Shown one piece after another: positions 48,701-52,473 of a stretch of DNA of 52,473 nt. Numbering within the stretch: position 1 is the stretch's first letter; every line of letters starts with the position of its first letter. The notes under the pieces are model-generated. The model worked only from the letters and a program-made list of their open reading frames with translations, was not told where the DNA came from and searched no databases. The position numbers and the translations under genes were made by a program. Source of the DNA: Elsinoe ampelina (lineage: Eukaryota); the NCBI GenBank assembly GCA_010093995.1, contig ML992510.1, positions 633,504-685,976 on the forward strand, in the 5' to 3' direction.

Positions 48701-50988
48701 ATGACAGTCCTCGGTTTTAGCAATTCCACGACTGTTGTCTTCGAAGACTGGCTGAGTGCATCCCACCCCTTCGAGATTACTGGCAACACCTGTCCCGCAA
48801 ATGCCGGCGTCTTAGTAAGGCTTTGCTCGATTGGGAAACCATTCCCGTCCTTCTCGATAATGTATCTCAACCACGGCACAAGTTGAAGCTCGTTCCAGCC
48901 AAAGCTCTCAAGATGCGACTTAGGAATGCCCTTGATAAAGTGGAAGGGTATCGCGGTAGGTGGCATAGGCAAGTCTGCCGGGATCCTGGCTACTGCAGGG
49001 AATGTCTCGATACCGCCTAATAGAAGCACGGGCCCGGCATACAGCTTCGAAGTCTCCTCTGACAACGTCGCGACCGTCCCGTCAAAGAGGTTGCGGATGG
49101 CCGAAGTGTCCAGCGCTTCATTGTCGATCTTCTTGCCCGCCCATTTCAAGAGTTCGGACAGCTGGTCCTCTGAGATGGCTTGAGCTTCGAGCTCCTTCTT
49201 GATGTCCCGAGTGGTGATCTCCGTCAACAGACCATACTCTTGCAGTTTCTGCAGGAACAAACCAGCTTTGTCTACAATCTGATCCGGGATGACGGGAATG
49301 TCCTCAACAAAGCTCAGATCCTCAGTGGCAAGTCGGACTTGTACACTAGGTAGGACTCCTCGAGAAGACAGAACATCGATCGAGGCTTTCTGATTACATG
49401 TCCAGAACGCTTCCTCGATGATCTGACCAACCTGTGATGATGGCGTAGACTCTTGGAAGGTATACTGCTTGAAAGCATGCACAGCAGCCGGAATCACCGC
49501 GTCCAGATCCTCCTTGGTCGGCTTCTTCGAACTTGCTGCACGCACACGGCGCTCGAGTTGTGCTTTAAGATCCGATATCTCGCCCTGGTAGGCTACTCGG
49601 CAAGCAATGCCGGCCACACGGAGCATTTCGTGGTTCCATGTCCTGACATATCGCGCATTCAGATCGATGCTCTCTCGCTCTACCGTTGGAATCACCGACG
49701 GGGCAGAAATATGTGCCAGAAGACCAGTCGTCTGCGCTGTCGGAAAGCCGATGAAGATTCGACCATTCTTTGCCGGCAAGACAGATGAGAAGATCTCGCT
49801 CGCCTTCCCCGAACCTAGGCCTGACAGCGACGACAATGATGCCGACGCCTCGTCGAATGAAGACGTCAGAATCGCGATACGGGTGTGCTTTGGTGGCGGC
49901 TTCTTTGTCGCCCTCTCCAGCTCCGCCGCTAATTGCTTACCGACATACGTCTGCACATTGACCGTGCTGACTCTCAGGAACACAGTGGCGGTACTTCCGG
50001 CTCCGACGTTCTCTGACACAGCTCGTTGCACAGCTTCCTCCTCCTTCGCGGCCTTCCTTTGTGCTGCGTTACTACCACCAGTAGTAGAAGTAAACCGACT
50101 GAAGAAGCTTCGTAAGGATTGCGTGGGCTGCGCGGTCTCCGCATGTTGTACTTCAGTGGCGTTCTGTGTCTTCCTGTCCCAAGCCACCACGTTCAGCCAC
50201 TTGCCATCGATCTGCGCATTCTGGTATTCCACAGCCACAATCTTCATAAGCCCATCTTTTGTCTTCGGATTTACCTCGGGAGGTATGCTGACCGTAGCCG
50301 CAGGCGCGGACTTCTTCACCAGCTTCAACAAATTGGAATCGTCTAACCACAGCTCTATCGATTCCAGACCGACGAATGTCAAACTCGTGCTGAGGAACTG
50401 GCAGAGAGACAGTAGCGGGGGCACCGGGGAACCAGTATTCCGGTAGTCCAGCAAAAAGCAAGTATCGTTAGTCGCCTGCTCTTTTGACAGCTTCCCTCGC
50501 CGCGTGAACAAGCTATTCCCCTTCCAGTAGAAGGCCATGGTCTGGTCTCCCGATGTAACAAAGGGTGTTTCGCAGTCGGCGAACACGCTGTAGAATCCCA
50601 CACCGAATGCTCCAATCTTGGTCTCATCTGGGTTTCCTTCTGCGATCCTCTTCAATCTTGACCAGTCGTTCTCACCAAAAGCCTGTCCGTTGTTCGTCAC
50701 CAGGATCCGCTTGAGTGTATGGTGAAGCACGACATGTTTGAGCCGAGCAGCAGTGTCCGCCCCTTGAGGGACCGGGACTGTAGCGGAGGGGAGCGTCTCG
50801 AATCGTATGCTGACTTTCGTCGCCGATGCATCAGCAGCGTTTTGTATAAGTTCTCGCAGAGTGGTCCATTCCCCGGAGTATCGTGCAAGCACCTTGTCGA
50901 TCAGAGCTCTGGTATTCACTGTGACCGCCTCTTCATCCAGACCAGAGCCCAGGGTCTGCTCTCGCAGCTTTGCGTAGTCAACCGCCAT
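45727..50988 (-). CDS. Large GHKL/HATPase (sacsin-like N-terminus) DUF3684-type protein with C-terminal HExxH motif
   Basis: Intronless 1753-aa ORF. LRELIQNAADA, NNGQAF and KIGAFGVGFYSVF are the Bergerat-fold motifs; coiled coil near aa 1400; IAFN...HELAHNLV at the C-terminus. Confidence 0.85.
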   Translation of the reverse strand: MAVDYAKLREQTLGSGLDEEAVTVNTRALIDKVLARYSGEWTTLRELIQNAADASATKVSIRFETLPSATVPVPQGADTAARLKHVVLHHTLKRILVTNNGQAFGENDWSRLKRIAEGNPDETKIGAFGVGFYSVFADCETPFVTSGDQTMAFYWKGNSLFTRRGKLSKEQATNDTCFLLDYRNTGSPVPPLLSLCQFLSTSLTFVGLESIELWLDDSNLLKLVKKSAPAATVSIPPEVNPKTKDGLMKIVAVEYQNAQIDGKWLNVVAWDRKTQNATEVQHAETAQPTQSLRSFFSRFTSTTGGSNAAQRKAAKEEEAVQRAVSENVGAGSTATVFLRVSTVNVQTYVGKQLAAELERATKKPPPKHTRIAILTSSFDEASASLSSLSGLGSGKASEIFSSVLPAKNGRIFIGFPTAQTTGLLAHISAPSVIPTVERESIDLNARYVRTWNHEMLRVAGIACRVAYQGEISDLKAQLERRVRAASSKKPTKEDLDAVIPAAVHAFKQYTFQESTPSSQVGQIIEEAFWTCNQKASIDVLSSRGVLPSVQVRLATEDLSFVEDIPVIPDQIVDKAGLFLQKLQEYGLLTEITTRDIKKELEAQAISEDQLSELLKWAGKKIDNEALDTSAIRNLFDGTVATLSEETSKLYAGPVLLLGGIETFPAVARIPADLPMPPTAIPFHFIKGIPKSHLESFGWNELQLVPWLRYIIEKDGNGFPIEQSLTKTPAFAGQVLPVISKGWDALSQSSKTTVVELLKPRTVIPTTLGMRKPHQSYFASVRLFDDLATIHGLQATKEKFLSALGVRKTVELSVVFDRLMSKDDSAQGTKWSHMDLIKYLVSVRDDIPAADIDKLRKTPICPAEQKGGKTPGLYRVSDLFEPKAPLRDLGLQLLYWPEPFRLASPEAKFLQFLGLKSYPTVPELVDIMARAAKSGDAKLYENAMLYFISNHYPNGYRRFPIESITVPFLPLAGQDLSRLSTPGSVFTNRGCAVLGFDILREDLHAQASILGVQQDPPINVCAERLMQKPPRNKADAKVVFSYFAGRINEIGASGNLAERLGTAPIVPVKSRVIKSEKDTGFKMAAPRTCFLGDGQTYGEIFDFVDFGSEANTFLLKIGSKHEPNAVELAQMIVKEPARLLNTLGADKYLSLLRRLAENVQGLKMDKTLWASMKRATCLIAVREVSSSSTASTKVADDDDMDEDESAIKEYSLASSSSIVLVDDYVSYRLFKDKLLAAPQEEVLESFYGSLGTPWLGSMVENNQSMGPILKDQIVAERYRKLIIERCRLFLHDHTADAVRHDARWMEKVLQVKATSSLTLRKTLRGTNASHTERMTAALHRDTAKDATLYITAKADLYEVSRAIMPLLLKRPKQQDYLALEMIMESDLRRLKTKGYNVDRILRQKAAESRIAEAERQRQMDEEQERMAEEERRWKQTQAEQKTPLPIEAAAKQEQHDPVPSMPGAFNSSPTQPNMALRPKSKGQKSFFSNLTRQLGLNNDADEGPSDHGGQASNSLVKKPDAPPPYSEQETQALQPKVKGPEQVTPPHQLQQNLVSAIHASRAHDSGSVFSPPSTQEIKEQSSFCDSRPGQDLTFVADSQPGIKIFLSRGSSQDERNAFLRNNAAAVRAFAVLLLDVGSVFLLKPQSLHIFYNETGSSIAFNSNGSLFCNLRFFLQLHWDGFERDVERKREAAVYWWVTLCHELAHNLVAEHGSQHEYFTESFVTMYFGRMVRKVGMMGGGGGQGGQGEQKLVDV

Positions 50989-51274
50989 TGCTGCTGGGAT
51001 GAGGGCCCGTTCAGAGGTTGCGAAGGATGCCTAGGTCGTCAAGATCTATAGCCTGGGCGAAACGCAGCCGGACGCCATGCTCGGGAAACGCTTGAGAAAA
51101 GGATGGCCGGAAGACAAGGAACTCCGCGATGAACAAAGGCAAAGTATGCAAGTCTCTGATCAAGAAAACAAAGGAAGCAGATGGATGAAGGCAAAACAGT
51201 GAAAAGATGCAAGTGGCGGAGCTTGCAGCGTAAGGTAACCATTATTTGGCCGCATCCCTGTCATAAGGCGCGTG

Positions 51275-51534
51275 TGTTGACTTGTGTAGGGGAGGAAAAA
51301 GGATTGATTACTGCCTGATCCACCAAACTGAGGTGGATTGTAACTACATAAATACTTAACCTAACAAACTAAAAGATAGCTAAATCAAAAGAACTCCTTA
51401 ATAGCAATAGATTAAGACAATAACTATTTAATTTGATTATAAATTAGTAGAGTAGTGGATAAGTATTTAGTTCTACTAGGGGATAAACTAAATTAGGGTC
51501 CTTCTTAGCGCTCTAGCTTATACCTTAGTTAATA
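51275..51534 (-). repeat. Putative 3' LTR (~260 bp) of the Copia element
   Basis: On the minus strand a purine tract AAAGGGGTG (~51543-51535) is followed by TATTAAC (RIPed TGTTGAC). The other end is TGTTGAC on the plus strand at 51275, giving the TG...CA terminal inverted repeat. Confidence 0.65.
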
Positions 51535-52473
51535 CACCCCTTTACTAAATAGCTATAAGGCTGTTATAGCTAGTTAGTAGACTACTAACTTAAGGGATAG
51601 CTATTATAAGAAGGTCTTATACCTTTTAGATAGTAATAACTTAGTTAATCTATTAGCTAAGGTGTCTACTAATAGTGTCTATATTACTAAGATAGGGCTA
51701 GATAGATCTCTAGCTAGATTAATCTCTTGTCTTAGCTAGTGATAATAGATATTAATATAATAAAGGCGTGTATTAAGCTTCTTAATTAGATTAGTAATAA
51801 GGCTAATTATTTGCTAATTGTTACACTAAATGCTAATATGCTTAAGGGGATAGATAGAGGCTATTAGCCTCCTCTACTACATAGCTTGCTTAGTAGTCTC
51901 TATAAGAGTAAGTAATTCCACTTCTATACTTAAGGTTATAACTATTAGCTACTTAGTAGCCTTCTAGTTAATTAAGCCTTAGAACATCTTAAATAGATAG
52001 CCTTAAAGGCTCTTCCTTAAAGGGTAACTACTAAAGCTAGTATCTAATAAGGCTTAGAAAATTAGAGGTAGTATTAAACTATTAAAGGTAAGAGCTATAT
52101 CTTTAGTTTTATAGAGATACTAAATTACTCTATTTGCTAGTCTCTAGTAAGTTAGTAATAGATTAGTTAAGTGCTTTAATAATCTAGAAGTAGTAAAGGC
52201 AATATTAGGCCTTATAATAACAGCTACAAAGTTAATAGATCTAACCTTCTACTAGTATAGGTAGATCTCTTATAGTAATACTTAGCCTTTATAAGGCTAG
52301 AGTATCTTAATTAGAAGTAGTATTAATATTGGCCTTATTAGCTCTATAATAAACTTACTATATATCTACTATATGTACTAGGCTTAACTAAGCTAGAGTC
52401 TCTTTATTAGTCTATCTCTTATAACTTAGATAGCTAGAAACTAGCTTAGATCTCTAAGTACCTTTATCTTATA
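51275..52473 (-). mobile_element. RIP-degenerated Ty1/Copia LTR retrotransposon (RT-RNaseH 3' part + 3' LTR; truncated by the window edge)
   Basis: Abrupt AT-rich, TpA-rich tract. Minus-strand relics: Y**KVRSINFVAVIIRPNIAF (de-RIP YQQKVGS..TRPDIAF, ~52195-52257), CNN*QII (CDNQQTI), TRLYYINIYYH*LRQE (TRLRHVDIHHHWLRQE, 51724-51771), ANRLTKLL (ADGLTK). Confidence 0.9.

Overview
Gene-dense, intron-containing region of a filamentous ascomycete genome (short GT-AG introns with CTRAC branch sites, plus RIP; a Dothideomycete-like source is only an impression). From left to right: acyl-CoA synthetase (partial), acyl-CoA oxidase, enoyl-CoA hydratase/isomerase, VTC2/3, Nudix hydrolase, flavocytochrome b2-like dehydrogenase, AA9 LPMO and a COL-26/BglR-type Zn2Cys6 regulator. 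Next is a head-to-tail array of four diverged paralogues (18.2-26.9 kb) of a family I do not recognise. Each has a 4-Cys N-terminal domain, a Pro/Ser/Gly stalk and a GPI-like tail, but no visible signal peptide; three start with a 4-nt ATG microexon and copy 4 carries a premature TAA. The rest holds a sugar porter, a small secreted protein, a monoglyceride-lipase-like hydrolase (GC-AG intron), SPATA20/YyaL, GGC1, PMT2, a second sugar porter preceded by a >1 kb AUG-free leader with a 279-codon open in-frame extension (candidate non-AUG initiation), a 1753-aa GHKL-ATPase/DUF3684-type protein, and a RIP-degenerated Ty1/Copia element at the right end. All family calls come from motif recognition by eye; no database searches were run.
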